58,907 nt of DNA. Source: a virus. Lineage: Duplodnaviria; Caudoviricetes. The stretch lies in IMG/VR virus record IMGVR_UViG_3300032237_000741, positions 1 to 58,907 of that record. One strand, 5' to 3'. Below are positions 1 to 10,370 of this stretch, piece by piece. The position numbers and the translations under genes were made by a program. Numbering within the stretch: position 1 is the first letter of the stretch; each line of letters begins with the position of its first letter. The notes under the pieces are model-generated. The model was not told the DNA's origin and searched no databases. It worked only from the letters and a program-made list of their open reading frames with translations.

Positions 1-9
1 GCTGTTACA

Positions 10-1833
10 GTGGCAGACAGAATTGTTGCTGATACAGAAAGAATTGCAAAGTTCATGGCATCGCCTAAAGGTCTGTTATGGGTAGTTAAACAAATTGGCC
101 TAGGATTGACCAATCCAAAAGTAGAGACTAGTATAATTTCTCCACTTAGACAGACGAGAATACATACAGGTATTACATCGCTGTTGTCAGTGCCAGGCAC
201 TCCTTTAGGCTTGCACTTTACAACACATGGAATTCCTTTTGCAAATGAAGTGGCAAGTTATGGAAATGTTCAGCTAGCTAAACAACTTTATTTTGATGTT
301 GACCCTGTTACATCAAACCGTTTGATAAGTTTGAAAAAAGATTTATTGACTCCAAAAACACCGTTGTCTTCATTGCCTGCTAATGCCTTGCAAGCATTGC
401 ATAGTCTAATAAAAATACAGAAAGGGTCTGTAATAACCAGCCTATCAGGATTTGCAGGCCCACAATCTGTATACGGTATAGGATCGACAACGATAAAAAG
501 AACCACAGATACTTTCACAGATTCTGTTCACAACGCTGCACAGTATGGATATGTATACCCGTACTCTATCACAAATCAATACGCGGCATGGCAATCTGGA
601 AAAGCAAAATCCGGTACACATTCAGACGACTTAGCACAAAACAAACCTTATCAAGTTCTCCACTCTGGAATGGTAGAGAAGTTAGGTACGAAAATTACTA
701 ACGGGCAAAAAGAACCTGAGAAGTTAAGTCCGAAAATTACTAACGGGCAAAAAGAACCTACATTTAGTAATTACGACGAAAAAACTCCTGGAAACGATAA
801 AGACGCTGATATTAGCTCTTCTGAAAGGCGTAATAAACAATATGCCCCGATTGGAAATGGTATATACCCAGATATTAATTCATATTCTACGCTAGCGTAT
901 GGAAAAATACCAAAAAGTAAAGTTGGTAAATCAAGTCCGCCGCCAAACGATTTCAGAGATTTAATAGACAGTGACGCTGGGTATGTTGGTAAGCAAAAAG
1001 GGTATTATAATAGTAACAACCTAGAAACTAAATATGGCTTTGGTAAACAAGGAGAAGTTGGTGCTGACAGAACAAAGCCATACAATTATTTAGTTTCTGG
1101 ATCTGACTATAAAGGAATTGAAAAAGGTGAGAGAACAAAATTAATTACTACAGATGGTTTCCGAGGAGATAAAATTACTGCACTGGATATTGGGAATGTG
1201 ACAACTTCTGGGAACGGATTAAACTATTCCAGCATATATCCTGACGGAGCCAATGATTTTATAAAATTTGTATTTTCAGACGGGGACTATGGTAAAAATG
1301 CAATGGTTTTTCGTGCTACACTAACAGGTCTTCAAGATTCATTTTCGCCGGGCTGGGAAAAGATAGATATAATGGGACGTCCTGACGGTGCATACATATA
1401 CACTTCCTATGAAAGAAGCATTTCGTTTACTTTTATGGTAGCAGCGACATCTCGACCGGAAATGATTCCAATGTGGAGAAAGCTAAATTACTTGTCCACA
1501 TACACGATGCCAGACTTAACTAATTCTAGACCATCAGGGCCGTTTATGCGCATCACTATCGGAGATTTATTCAATGCAACTCCTGGGTTCATTGAATCAC
1601 TATCATATTCAATACCAGACGACGCAACATGGGACATAGCTGAAGATGCATCTGCGAATGACAAAAACCCTAAACAATTGCCAATGATAGTCGAAGTATC
1701 AATGACGTTTAAAATAATATCTGACTATCGACCTAAATTGCTTGGAAGGGCATATTCACTTTCTGAAGGCGGTGGTGCAGCTTTAAGTACTATGGGTAAC
1801 TGGCTTAGCGATTCTTCAGATCAAACGTCTTAA
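10..1833 (+). CDS. Putative tail/baseplate structural protein (C-terminal tube-initiator-like domain); probably truncated at the window edge
   Basis: C-terminal FRATLTGLQDSFSPGW...GRPDGAYIYTSYERSISFTF...PFMRITIGDL pattern resembles contractile-tail tube-like proteins; directly followed by a LysM baseplate gene. Confidence 0.5.
   Translation: MADRIVADTERIAKFMASPKGLLWVVKQIGLGLTNPKVETSIISPLRQTRIHTGITSLLSVPGTPLGLHFTTHGIPFANEVASYGNVQLAKQLYFDVDPVTSNRLISLKKDLLTPKTPLSSLPANALQALHSLIKIQKGSVITSLSGFAGPQSVYGIGSTTIKRTTDTFTDSVHNAAQYGYVYPYSITNQYAAWQSGKAKSGTHSDDLAQNKPYQVLHSGMVEKLGTKITNGQKEPEKLSPKITNGQKEPTFSNYDEKTPGNDKDADISSSERRNKQYAPIGNGIYPDINSYSTLAYGKIPKSKVGKSSPPPNDFRDLIDSDAGYVGKQKGYYNSNNLETKYGFGKQGEVGADRTKPYNYLVSGSDYKGIEKGERTKLITTDGFRGDKITALDIGNVTTSGNGLNYSSIYPDGANDFIKFVFSDGDYGKNAMVFRATLTGLQDSFSPGWEKIDIMGRPDGAYIYTSYERSISFTFMVAATSRPEMIPMWRKLNYLSTYTMPDLTNSRPSGPFMRITIGDLFNATPGFIESLSYSIPDDATWDIAEDASANDKNPKQLPMIVEVSMTFKIISDYRPKLLGRAYSLSEGGGAALSTMGNWLSDSSDQTS
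676..759 (+). repeat. In-frame 42-bp tandem duplication (EKLGTKITNGQKEP / EKLSPKITNGQKEP)
   Basis: Units 676-717 and 718-759 differ at 2 nt. Confidence 0.9.
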
Positions 1834-1844
1834 ATTAATTTTAA

Positions 1845-2165
1845 ATGCAACGATACAACAATACATTATATTCTAGAAAAGTCCAATTGGATACTGAGAA
1901 TAAAAGAAGATATTACAATACACTGTTAGACCCACAAATACCACTTCGTCAAGATGATATTTATGTTATAACTACGTATGGCGATAGATTAGATTCTCTA
2001 GCATGGAATTATTACGGAGATGCTGGACTGTGGTGGATTGTAGCAGCTGCAAATCCACAATTAAGAAAAGATTCACTGTACTTGGAACCGGGGCTGCAAT
2101 TACGTATACCCAGAGATTCAAATACAGTATTAAGTTTATATCAAGATGAAAATAGTTTCGAATAA
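1845..2165 (+). CDS. LysM-domain baseplate/tail protein (P2 gpX-like)
   Basis: GDRLDSLAWNYYGDAGLWWIVAAANP...PGLQLRIP is a typical phage LysM tail protein motif. Confidence 0.8.
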   Translation: MQRYNNTLYSRKVQLDTENKRRYYNTLLDPQIPLRQDDIYVITTYGDRLDSLAWNYYGDAGLWWIVAAANPQLRKDSLYLEPGLQLRIPRDSNTVLSLYQDENSFE

Positions 2166-4276
2166 TGGCAACTAACAATTCAGTAAATATATTTTATTCA
2201 GAAGTTGATTCTAAAGTGCAAGAAATTTTGCAAAGAAGAAAAGACATTTATGGAGCAAAGGTTCGAGATTCCAACGCACATAATTTTCTGCATAAAAAAA
2301 TGGCTTGGGCAGAGGCTACAGCTATTACCAAAAATCCAAAACGAGGTGCTGTATTAACTACAAATACTAAAGGTGGTATTGGTACAAACTCACTGTATTC
2401 AGGTGCTAAATACACTGACCAAGGGAGATTTATAGTTAAACCACATATAACTTCTGTCAAGCTAACAAATGAAGGGCATTTAGGATCTTTGAAGAAATGT
2501 GAGGTTTCATTTGCAGTATATTCACTAAATGACTTAGATACAGTTCAAGCATTTTTTGATATAGGAAGTACAATATCAGTAAAATATGGATGGAACGTTC
2601 CCGGCGATGGATCGACACCAGGAAGTTTTTCTGGAATAATTTACAATTTTTCATATACTGTTAATCCGCAAGGAGGATTTAATTGTGTTTCTTACGGAAT
2701 AGGAAGAGGAATTGTGCTAGCATCTGCAAATATTACTACAGGTTTCCCGCACGACTCTACTACAACAACACAACTAGGAGAACAAACACTGAGCTCGGAT
2801 TTAATCAATAAAATTCGATCGGACATTGAAACAGCTTCTAAAATTTCAAAATTGCAAAAGTCTAATGATATATACGATGGCTATGGTATGTTGGAGTTAG
2901 ACCCGACATGGGGCTCTGACAACAAACCCAAGAATATTGAAAAAGTAAACGGACAAAAAGTTTATTACATATCACTGGAAAAATTAATATACTTAATTAA
3001 TAATAAAGTATTAAGCTCGTTTTCTATTTCTAAACGTCTGAAGGAGTTGAACGCTGCATCAGCAGCTGCAGGTGATTACCTAAATTTAAACGGAGCAATT
3101 GCTACGGAAAAGTGGCCTGGATTTCCTTACGCAATGCCACTTTCAAATGTTGAGCAAGCTATTAAAGATACTGCGAGCAATGAACTTGCGATTAAAATTG
3201 TTTGTGACGGAACTGTTACATTAGGATGTGTACCTCCTACAAACACTGGCCAGTTAACGTATTTAGTATCTGGAAATCCTTTTGAAGTAGTATTTCCTGG
3301 GTACAATAAATACATCAATCAGTCGGGTACGTCTACACACAACTTCGAATTCACCGACTATGTTGAGTCGTTTAAAAAAGGCGATTTAAGCAAAATCATG
3401 CTAAATGTCAATTGGTTAGAAAAACAATTTACGGAAATTGGAAAAGAAACGCAAGACAATGAAAAGTCAAAAAATCAAACGATTAGCAAGTTTTTAATAA
3501 ACATATTTAACTCAATATCAGATAATAGTGGTACGCGTTTTAATTTATCAATGGTGTCAAACCCAAAAAATGAAGACGAATTTTATATAGTCGATGTAAA
3601 CTATAGAAATTCAAAAGATGTGACTGCATACGAGATGACTACGGTTGAAAGTAGAGGCATTTGTCGTTCTGTATCGCTGACATCAAAAGTACCCTCTGCC
3701 ACGGCAGCAGCTGCATATACGCAAGGAATTAATAGTCCGAATGCAATATCATCAAAAGCTGCAGCTTTGCTGACCGGAGGAACGCCTGTAGAAAATAAAG
3801 ACGATACCACTCCAGAGCAGCAGTTAGCAGCGGCGATGAATAAAATGGATTCATCACAAGGTCCTGTACCAGCAGTCGTTTCTTCTATGCAATCAGCTTT
3901 AAAGCGTGTGTATGAAAAAACTTCTGGAAATGTATATAATACAGAAGCTAAGACCGCAGTCATCTATCCTTTAGACTTTTCTGTTACTTTGGATGGTATT
4001 GAAGGGTTTGTATTTGGAAATGTAATAACTACAAACTATCTACCGAAAGTATATAAAAGAGAAAATACGGATATTGCGTTTACAGTTACTAAAGTTGAAC
4101 ACACAATACAAAATAATGACTGGACAACTACACTTTCGACTGTATGTCGAGTTACGCTTCAGAAAAGCCAAACTGCTTTAACTCCAGTGCCACCTGTAGG
4201 GTTGAATAATAGTAATCAAAATACATTGGATAATAATCAAAATATATCGTCTCCTAGGAGCCAAGGCGCCTTTTAA
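2165..4276 (+). CDS. Putative baseplate hub-like structural protein
   Basis: Follows the LysM gene; VKYGW...FSGIIYNFSY and C-terminal TLDGIEGFVFGN...FTVTKVEHTIQNNDWTTTL resemble hub proteins. Confidence 0.5.
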   Translation: MATNNSVNIFYSEVDSKVQEILQRRKDIYGAKVRDSNAHNFLHKKMAWAEATAITKNPKRGAVLTTNTKGGIGTNSLYSGAKYTDQGRFIVKPHITSVKLTNEGHLGSLKKCEVSFAVYSLNDLDTVQAFFDIGSTISVKYGWNVPGDGSTPGSFSGIIYNFSYTVNPQGGFNCVSYGIGRGIVLASANITTGFPHDSTTTTQLGEQTLSSDLINKIRSDIETASKISKLQKSNDIYDGYGMLELDPTWGSDNKPKNIEKVNGQKVYYISLEKLIYLINNKVLSSFSISKRLKELNAASAAAGDYLNLNGAIATEKWPGFPYAMPLSNVEQAIKDTASNELAIKIVCDGTVTLGCVPPTNTGQLTYLVSGNPFEVVFPGYNKYINQSGTSTHNFEFTDYVESFKKGDLSKIMLNVNWLEKQFTEIGKETQDNEKSKNQTISKFLINIFNSISDNSGTRFNLSMVSNPKNEDEFYIVDVNYRNSKDVTAYEMTTVESRGICRSVSLTSKVPSATAAAAYTQGINSPNAISSKAAALLTGGTPVENKDDTTPEQQLAAAMNKMDSSQGPVPAVVSSMQSALKRVYEKTSGNVYNTEAKTAVIYPLDFSVTLDGIEGFVFGNVITTNYLPKVYKRENTDIAFTVTKVEHTIQNNDWTTTLSTVCRVTLQKSQTALTPVPPVGLNNSNQNTLDNNQNISSPRSQGAF

Positions 4277-4325
4277 TCTTTTCAGATAATATAATTATTT
4301 TATGATGACAACTTTTTTTTAAAAA

Positions 4326-4964
4326 ATGCGAAATAAATTATATTACCCATCATCACACATTGTTACAGGTCTTTACACGTCTGGTAAAGAATGGATGTTA
4401 GAAGATGGAACAGAATACATTGGATACTATCACAAATATGTTGATGGTACAGTTTTAACAGGAGCAACATACAGTGAATTCAATTCAAAGACATTGATCC
4501 CATATCTGGATTTAATTGCTCAGCCAGAGAACCATGAATACAACTCTGCAATTAAAAAAGTCAATGTGTACACTGCTCCTATATACAAGTATCCACTACC
4601 TACTATAGAAGATTACAACAAAGGATTTTTTCAAAGATATTTTGTTCGAAGAAGAAATTACTCTACTTACGTAGACATAATGGAAATTGATTCGAAACAG
4701 TTTAACACACTGAACACACCAGGTACCGGTATTGATGGAAATTTGTACATCGGCACAACAATTAATTGGAAACTTACAGGACCTTTGAAAGATGTCAATA
4801 CCAACTCAGGAACCATATATGGAGTAGAAGATACAAACCGAAGATTGGTGGAAATTAAAGATAAAGATTTAAAAGGTTTGATAAACTTCCTGACAGATTA
4901 CACTGAATTAACCATATACTCCAAATCAATTTCAAATGATATAAAGAAGATGTTTGGAAATTAA
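4326..4964 (+). CDS. Hypothetical phage protein (end of structural block)
   Basis: 212-aa ORF, ATG start, co-oriented. Confidence 0.55.
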   Translation: MRNKLYYPSSHIVTGLYTSGKEWMLEDGTEYIGYYHKYVDGTVLTGATYSEFNSKTLIPYLDLIAQPENHEYNSAIKKVNVYTAPIYKYPLPTIEDYNKGFFQRYFVRRRNYSTYVDIMEIDSKQFNTLNTPGTGIDGNLYIGTTINWKLTGPLKDVNTNSGTIYGVEDTNRRLVEIKDKDLKGLINFLTDYTELTIYSKSISNDIKKMFGN

Positions 4965-4984
4965 AACAGGTTAATCTATATTTA
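4953..4984 (+). promoter_or_regulatory. Bacteroidota-type sigma70 promoter TTTG-N20-TATATTTA
   Basis: Fits the -33 TTTG / -7 TAnnTTTG architecture; the motif recurs before several replication genes. Confidence 0.6.
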
Positions 4985-4991
4985 TGAAGTT

Positions 4992-6350
4992 ATGAATACT
5001 GTTATAATAGAAACCAAATCCGAATTTGAAGAGTTTTACGAAAGAAGTAAATCTTTTGATTGGATTGTAGTTCCTACATTTTGTAATGGGGACAAACCTG
5101 TATATATAGATTCACTTTCAGTATTATATATATACGTACTTCAATTAGATGAAGAAGTAATGTTAGTGTTCAACCACACTGAAGGTTTAACTTTACAAGA
5201 GTCCATATTACAATCTTTTCCAAAAGAAACAAAGTTGTTTGTATACAACAAAAAGAAATTTAAAAAGTTTCTGGACCAACCTAATTTAATTGACATGAAC
5301 ATGGTTGAGTATTTTCACAACAATCAACCAATTGAAGATGATTTTGAAACTCCAGCGCATGAATTTTTTACTAGAAATTTCGGTACATTTGCAAACTTAA
5401 ATACAATCATACCTATAACCAAACACATTGAAAAGTCACAAGCAATTACGCAAAGATTTTTAGATGTGTTTGATTACTTTCAAGAAGACGCTGCTTTCAA
5501 AGCTTACAATGAAATTATTTTAGATTCTCTTTATCAAATTGAAGTAAATGGATTGTTCGCAAATTATTCACTGTTCAAAAAGAAATTTGAAAAAGGTAGA
5601 CTGTATGAAAACTTTGCATATTCAGAATACAATCCATACACTACAACAGGCAGACCATCTAACAGATATGGTGGTATAAACTTTGCCGCATTGAAAAAAG
5701 ATGATGGGTCTCGGCTTCCATTTGTTTCCAGACACGGCGAAAATGGATTTATGATTTCCTTTGACTACGATGCATATCACTTGCGTCTTTTAGCTGAATT
5801 GTTAGATTACAAATTTCCTGTAGATGCTTCAGTGCATCATTATTTAGGTTCTTTTTATTTTGGAAAAACAGAACTTTCAGAAGCAGAGTATCGAGAATCC
5901 AAAGCCATTTCATTTCGACAGTTGTATGGCGGCATCGGTGAAGAGTATTTGGAAATTCCATTTTTTTCCCAAGTTCATGAATACACCAAACTTCTGTGGA
6001 ACAAGTATCGTGAAGAAGATTATATAGAAACTCCAGTATTCGGAAGAAAATTGTTTAATTCATTTTTCACTGACATGAATGCTGCAAAACTTTTAAACTA
6101 TCTATTACAAAGTTTCGAGACAGAGAGAAACATGGCGGTTGTTCACAATTTACTTTCCCGTATTTCGTCTTACTCTAGCAAACTTATACTTTATACCTAT
6201 GACAGTTTTTTATTCGATTTTGATAGGCGAGACGGGGGTCAAATACTCCTGGAAATAAAAGAGGAATTAGAGCAAAATGGCAAGTATCCTGTGAAGTTAG
6301 AAATAGGGACTGATTATCATAATATGCAGGTTGTAAAAAGAAAGATATAA
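4992..6350 (+). CDS. Family A DNA polymerase-like protein (compact, 452 aa)
   Basis: TTTGRPS, motif A FDYDAYHLR, motif B KAISFRQLYGG, NYLLQS, motif C variant YTYDSFLFD. Confidence 0.8.
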   Translation: MNTVIIETKSEFEEFYERSKSFDWIVVPTFCNGDKPVYIDSLSVLYIYVLQLDEEVMLVFNHTEGLTLQESILQSFPKETKLFVYNKKKFKKFLDQPNLIDMNMVEYFHNNQPIEDDFETPAHEFFTRNFGTFANLNTIIPITKHIEKSQAITQRFLDVFDYFQEDAAFKAYNEIILDSLYQIEVNGLFANYSLFKKKFEKGRLYENFAYSEYNPYTTTGRPSNRYGGINFAALKKDDGSRLPFVSRHGENGFMISFDYDAYHLRLLAELLDYKFPVDASVHHYLGSFYFGKTELSEAEYRESKAISFRQLYGGIGEEYLEIPFFSQVHEYTKLLWNKYREEDYIETPVFGRKLFNSFFTDMNAAKLLNYLLQSFETERNMAVVHNLLSRISSYSSKLILYTYDSFLFDFDRRDGGQILLEIKEELEQNGKYPVKLEIGTDYHNMQVVKRKI

Positions 6351-6381
6351 CCATATTTATATGTAGAAATTATTACAAAAA

Positions 6382-6768
6382 TTGCTACAGTTAATTTGCA
6401 TATTTACCACTGAACCCGAGATTGATTATACCGCGTGTATGATTCAAAAGACTTATGAAATAGTCTACAAAAGAATTTTTATTCTTTCCATAGAAAATTC
6501 GGATGAATTAATCTGCTCTTTCAATATTGAAAAAGGCAACATAAGAAAACAGTTACCAGGTGCAATGTTAGTGCATCGTAAACGAGATACTAACACCATG
6601 TACACAATTAATTCTTTAAATACTTTGGTAAAGTCAGAAAATAACGGTATATTAGATAGTAATTATTCTGTAGACTGGACCAAATATCGCAATTCATTGT
6701 TAGTGACTTCTAATAACGAATTGAAAGTATTAAAAACTAAAGTTTATCAAATTATAAATTTACAATAA
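6382..6768 (+). CDS. Conserved hypothetical phage protein
   Basis: TTG start after an ATATTTAT motif; VHRKRDTNTMYTINSLN segment. Confidence 0.6.
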   Translation: MLQLICIFTTEPEIDYTACMIQKTYEIVYKRIFILSIENSDELICSFNIEKGNIRKQLPGAMLVHRKRDTNTMYTINSLNTLVKSENNGILDSNYSVDWTKYRNSLLVTSNNELKVLKTKVYQIINLQ

Positions 6769-6812
6769 TAAAAGTATTTGTTTCATATTTATTATAGAAC
6801 AGAAAGATAATA

Positions 6813-6846
6813 TTTGGTAACCCCGTAAGGTTACTATATATTTAAG
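6813..6846 (+). promoter_or_regulatory. Bacteroidota-type promoter TTTG-N20-TATATTTAAG
   Basis: Upstream of SSB; same spacing as the other copies. Confidence 0.65.
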
Positions 6847-6951
6847 TTATGTTAGAAGTTGATGGTGCCGAAACAATAATTCTAGACAATTTGAATCGCA
6901 TTAACAATTACTAATTATTAAATAAACTTTAACAATTAAAAACTAAACAAA

Positions 6952-7752
6952 ATGGCCATAAACTTGGAAGCTATTAAGCAAAAGCTTAATTCGTTGCAGA
7001 CCGTAACTAGCAAATCAAACAATCTTTGGAAGCCTGAACCAGGCACTACCGTTGTTCGCATTGTTCCTTATCAGCACAACAGAGAAAATCCATTCTTAGA
7101 ACTTTATTTCCACTACAATTTCGGTGGCAAATCTATCTTATCACCTAGCTCGTTTGGTCGTCCTGACCCGATAATGGAGTTTGCTGAGAAGCTTAAATCA
7201 ACAGGTAATTCTGATGATTGGAAGGCTGGCAAAAAGCTTGAACCAACAATGCGTTGTTACGTTCCTGTACTTATCCGCGGCAAGGAGTCTGAAGGTGTTA
7301 AGTTCTGGGGCTTTGGTAAGCAAGTGTATCAGGAACTTTTAGGATTTATCGCAGACCCTGATTATGGTGATATATCAGATCCAACAGCGGGTCGAGATAT
7401 AACTGTAGAGTTTAAAACTAAAGACCAAACAGGAAAAGATTTCCCAGAAACTTCTATACGCGTAAAACCAAACCAAACCCCTATCACTACTGATAGAAAT
7501 GTGTTGGATAAATTGAAGAATCAGCCTAAAGCGACTGAAATATTCAAAGAATACAGTTATGAAGAAATGACCAAAATGTTACACAATTGGTTAGACCCTG
7601 AAAATGCGGCACCTGCTGAATCAACAGATGAAGCTGCGACTGAAAAAAAGTCGTCAGGTAAAGGCGGCAACAAAGCAAAAATCGAAGAATCAGCTCCAGT
7701 AGCGAAAGTAGATGATGTTGCTTCAGCATTTGATTCACTATTCAATAAATAA
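6952..7752 (+). CDS. Single-stranded DNA-binding protein (T4 gp32-like)
   Basis: LWKP...VRIVPY, VKFWGFGK, DYGDISDPTAGRDI, acidic tail ending FDSLFNK; upstream of recA. Confidence 0.8.
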   Translation: MAINLEAIKQKLNSLQTVTSKSNNLWKPEPGTTVVRIVPYQHNRENPFLELYFHYNFGGKSILSPSSFGRPDPIMEFAEKLKSTGNSDDWKAGKKLEPTMRCYVPVLIRGKESEGVKFWGFGKQVYQELLGFIADPDYGDISDPTAGRDITVEFKTKDQTGKDFPETSIRVKPNQTPITTDRNVLDKLKNQPKATEIFKEYSYEEMTKMLHNWLDPENAAPAESTDEAATEKKSSGKGGNKAKIEESAPVAKVDDVASAFDSLFNK

Positions 7753-7757
7753 TTTTT

Positions 7758-8504
7758 ATGGCAAAACAAAAAGCAGCAGTCGCTGAGGCAGTCGTTCATA
7801 ACGATTTAGCCTCAGTGCTAGCTGATAGTCTTAATAAGAAATTCAAAGCCTCTAACTACAAAGTAGCTTATTTCCTTGAAGGAGATGAAGACTCACCTTG
7901 TAATGTGGAAGAATGGATATCGACAGGCAACACAATGCTTGACTTGGCAATATCTAATCGTCCAAATGGAGGATTTCCTGTAGGTAGGATAGTTGAGATA
8001 ACTGGTTTAGAGGCATCTGGTAAATCTTTGTTAGCAGCACACGCGTTGGTGTCTACACAAAAGAAAGGTGGTCTAGCAGTTTACATCGATACTGAAAATG
8101 CAGTGTCTAGAGAATTTCTAGAGTCTATTGGTTTAGATTTAAAGGAAATGTTATACGTTCCATTAGAAACGATTGAAGATATTTTCGATTCTATTGAAAC
8201 TGTAGTAGAAGCAGTACGTAAGTCAAGCAAAGACCGTTTGGTTACGATTGTGGTAGACTCTATCATGGGTGCGTCAACGAAAGTTGAAATGGCAGCTGAT
8301 TACGAGAAAGATGGTTGGGCTACTACCAAAGCTATTTTGTTGTCAAAAGCTATGCGTAAGATTACTAATATGATTGGTAGACAGCGCGTATGTTTAATTT
8401 TCACAAATCAGTTACGTACTCGTTTAGGTGTGACATTCGGAGACCCGTGGTGTGTAGATCCATTTACTACAAAAGTAAAAGTTCGTTATAAAATCAATTC
8501 TTAA
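7758..8504 (+). CDS. recA: RecA/UvsX N-terminal extein (231 aa) fused to a 17-aa split-intein N fragment
   Basis: Walker A GLEASGKS, YIDTE, VVDS, IFTNQLR, GVTFGDPW, then CVDPFTTKVKVRYKINS-stop. Confidence 0.9.
   Translation: MAKQKAAVAEAVVHNDLASVLADSLNKKFKASNYKVAYFLEGDEDSPCNVEEWISTGNTMLDLAISNRPNGGFPVGRIVEITGLEASGKSLLAAHALVSTQKKGGLAVYIDTENAVSREFLESIGLDLKEMLYVPLETIEDIFDSIETVVEAVRKSSKDRLVTIVVDSIMGASTKVEMAADYEKDGWATTKAILLSKAMRKITNMIGRQRVCLIFTNQLRTRLGVTFGDPWCVDPFTTKVKVRYKINS
8451..8501 (+). mobile_element. Atypically short split-intein N fragment (IntN, 17 aa)
   Basis: Begins with Cys at the point where RecA similarity stops; block A-like CVDPFTTKV. Confidence 0.85.
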
Positions 8505-8509
8505 TTTTT

Positions 8510-8577
8510 GTACTTATCTATAATTATTATTGACTAAGGATATATGAACCATGGACAACAATATTATAGATAAGTAC
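8510..8577 (+). promoter_or_regulatory. Hairpin enclosing the endonuclease start codon, with a late-promoter-like ATAATTAT
   Basis: Perfect 15-bp inverted repeat GTACTTATCTATAAT (8510-8524) / ATTATAGATAAGTAC (8563-8577). Confidence 0.75.
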
Positions 8578-9405
8578 TTTAATGTAAAGTATACATTTAC
8601 CGGAGAATCGCCAAAAATTTCAATTAAATTAAAAGATTGTTATAAATCTAAAAAAATACCTTCATTGAATGGAAATTGTAAAGAATATTATGATTATTTT
8701 TTAGGTAAAGATGTGTCAGACATTGTTTTTAATGAATATAAGCCATTAATGGCATATCATTATAGAATTCAATGGTATATTGATACATATGATACTAATA
8801 ATCAAAAATTGATTGATTGGCTATCTGCGTATAAAATTCGTAGAAAAACTTCAGTAAAACGCAAATATTCTGATACAAAATTTAAAGAAGAGTTTAATCG
8901 AATAGCAAATACTGTGGAACGTAAGAAGAAAATATCAGATTCGTCTAAAAAAATGTGGAAGTGTTTACGTTTAACAAGTGTTGATAAGATTAAGAATATG
9001 ATACATTCAAATTCCAGAAAACAGTTTTCTTATAATGGTATAGAAATGAATTCATTAGAATTTATTATGGCATCGTTATTAGACAGCTTAGATGTTAAAT
9101 TTGAATATGAACGTGTATTTTCTTTTACAAATAAAAAATCATATGTTCCAGACTTTTATATTCCTGAATTGGGAATGGTAATTGAATGTTACGGCGACTA
9201 TTGGCATGCTAATCCTAGAATATATGATTCGACTTCTACTGTGTTTAGAACACCTGTTAGTCAGATTTATAAACGCGATTTAGCTAAAAAAGAAATTTTT
9301 GAAAAAAACGGAATGATTTTCTTATATTTTTGGGAATATGATATACGTAATGATTTAGAAACAATAAAAGAAACAATATGCAACAATATATCGAAGAAGA
9401 AATAA
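8551..9405 (+). CDS. Free-standing homing endonuclease (Vsr/DUF559-like PD-(D/E)xK) between the split recA halves
   Basis: YVPDFYIPELGMVIECYGDYWH...RD...FWE motif; basic NUMOD-like segment; overlaps the downstream start. Confidence 0.85.
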   Translation: MDNNIIDKYFNVKYTFTGESPKISIKLKDCYKSKKIPSLNGNCKEYYDYFLGKDVSDIVFNEYKPLMAYHYRIQWYIDTYDTNNQKLIDWLSAYKIRRKTSVKRKYSDTKFKEEFNRIANTVERKKKISDSSKKMWKCLRLTSVDKIKNMIHSNSRKQFSYNGIEMNSLEFIMASLLDSLDVKFEYERVFSFTNKKSYVPDFYIPELGMVIECYGDYWHANPRIYDSTSTVFRTPVSQIYKRDLAKKEIFEKNGMIFLYFWEYDIRNDLETIKETICNNISKKK

Positions 9406-10211
9406 CTCTTGCAGAGTTATCTGAAAGATTTTTTTTAAACAATGATTTTGACACCCCGTGTTCTTACAACATCGAGGATTTAGGAATCGAGGTTTTAACG
9501 TTAGATTCTGACGGGAATGAAGTTTACAAAACAATACTTAATTTTTTAGTTAAAGAGTCTGTTAGTAACTATTATACAGATGGTAAGCTTAAAGGCACGT
9601 CGAATCATAGAATTATAGAAGATTCTAAAGAGATACATTTAAGTGACCACAAAGACTTTTATCAAGTTCAAGAACCTATGAAAGTGGTTGATATAGAAGT
9701 TGCAGAACTTCACAGTTATTTAGCGAATGGACGCTTGAATCATAATACAACAGCAGGTGGTAAAGCAGTGGCATTCCACTCATCAGTTCGTTTGCGTTTG
9801 AAATCTGTAGGACAGATTAAACTTAAGGTAGAAGGGCGTGATGAAGTTTTAGGAATGACAACAAGATGTCAGGTTATTAAAAATCGTATGGGCCCACCTC
9901 TTCGCAGTGTGGACTACGACATCTATTTCGACTCGGGTATAGATGATTACGGTTCTTGGTTGGTAATGATGAAGAACTATGGATTGGTTTCACAAGCAGG
10001 CGCGTGGTATACATGGGTTAACCCAGACACAGCTGAAGTTGTTAAGTTTCAATCTAAAGATTTTCAGTCTAAATTAATTGAAGATCTTGAAATGAAAGAA
10101 CAAGTATACAAAGCAATTTGCGATAAGTATATACTCAATTACAGAGCCGGTGAAGATTTCGGTGTAGACGATATCGAGCTACAGACAGACTTCGACGGAG
10201 AAGAATCATAA
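9378..10211 (+). CDS. recA: Split-intein C fragment (123 aa) fused to the RecA/UvsX C-terminal extein
   Basis: Block B GTSNH, block F VVDIEV, block G LNHN followed by +1 Thr; then TTAGGKAVAFHSSVRLRL, KNRMGPP, AGAWY. Confidence 0.9.
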   Translation: MQQYIEEEITLAELSERFFLNNDFDTPCSYNIEDLGIEVLTLDSDGNEVYKTILNFLVKESVSNYYTDGKLKGTSNHRIIEDSKEIHLSDHKDFYQVQEPMKVVDIEVAELHSYLANGRLNHNTTAGGKAVAFHSSVRLRLKSVGQIKLKVEGRDEVLGMTTRCQVIKNRMGPPLRSVDYDIYFDSGIDDYGSWLVMMKNYGLVSQAGAWYTWVNPDTAEVVKFQSKDFQSKLIEDLEMKEQVYKAICDKYILNYRAGEDFGVDDIELQTDFDGEES

Positions 10212-10214
10212 GTT

Positions 10215-10334
10215 ATGTTGAAAGGTTACGCAGATTTATTAAGACAAATTCGCGAAGACCACGAGAAACAGAGTTCAGGTAGTCTATTGAATACTTTTGT
10301 TCGGAAATTTTCCGATAATACAATATTTATTTAA
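10215..10334 (+). pseudogene. Vestigial 5' copy of the downstream 5' nuclease gene (39 codons)
   Basis: MLKGYADLLRQI... parallels MLKYYADLLKQL at 11331; its LNTFVRKFS parallels LNSFIRVFS. Confidence 0.65.
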
Positions 10335-10370
10335 AATGAGTATGTATACAAAAGTACAATTAGACTACCT
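10277..10370 (+). promoter_or_regulatory. Long hairpin enclosing ATATTTAT and the endonuclease ATG
   Basis: AGGTAGTCTA (10277-86) pairs with TAGACTACCT (10361-70); TACTTTTGT pairs with ACAAAAGTA. Confidence 0.75.

Noticed and set aside
8505-9377. Group I intron in recA
   Set aside because: Almost no non-coding space for a ribozyme core; intein motifs on both sides explain the split
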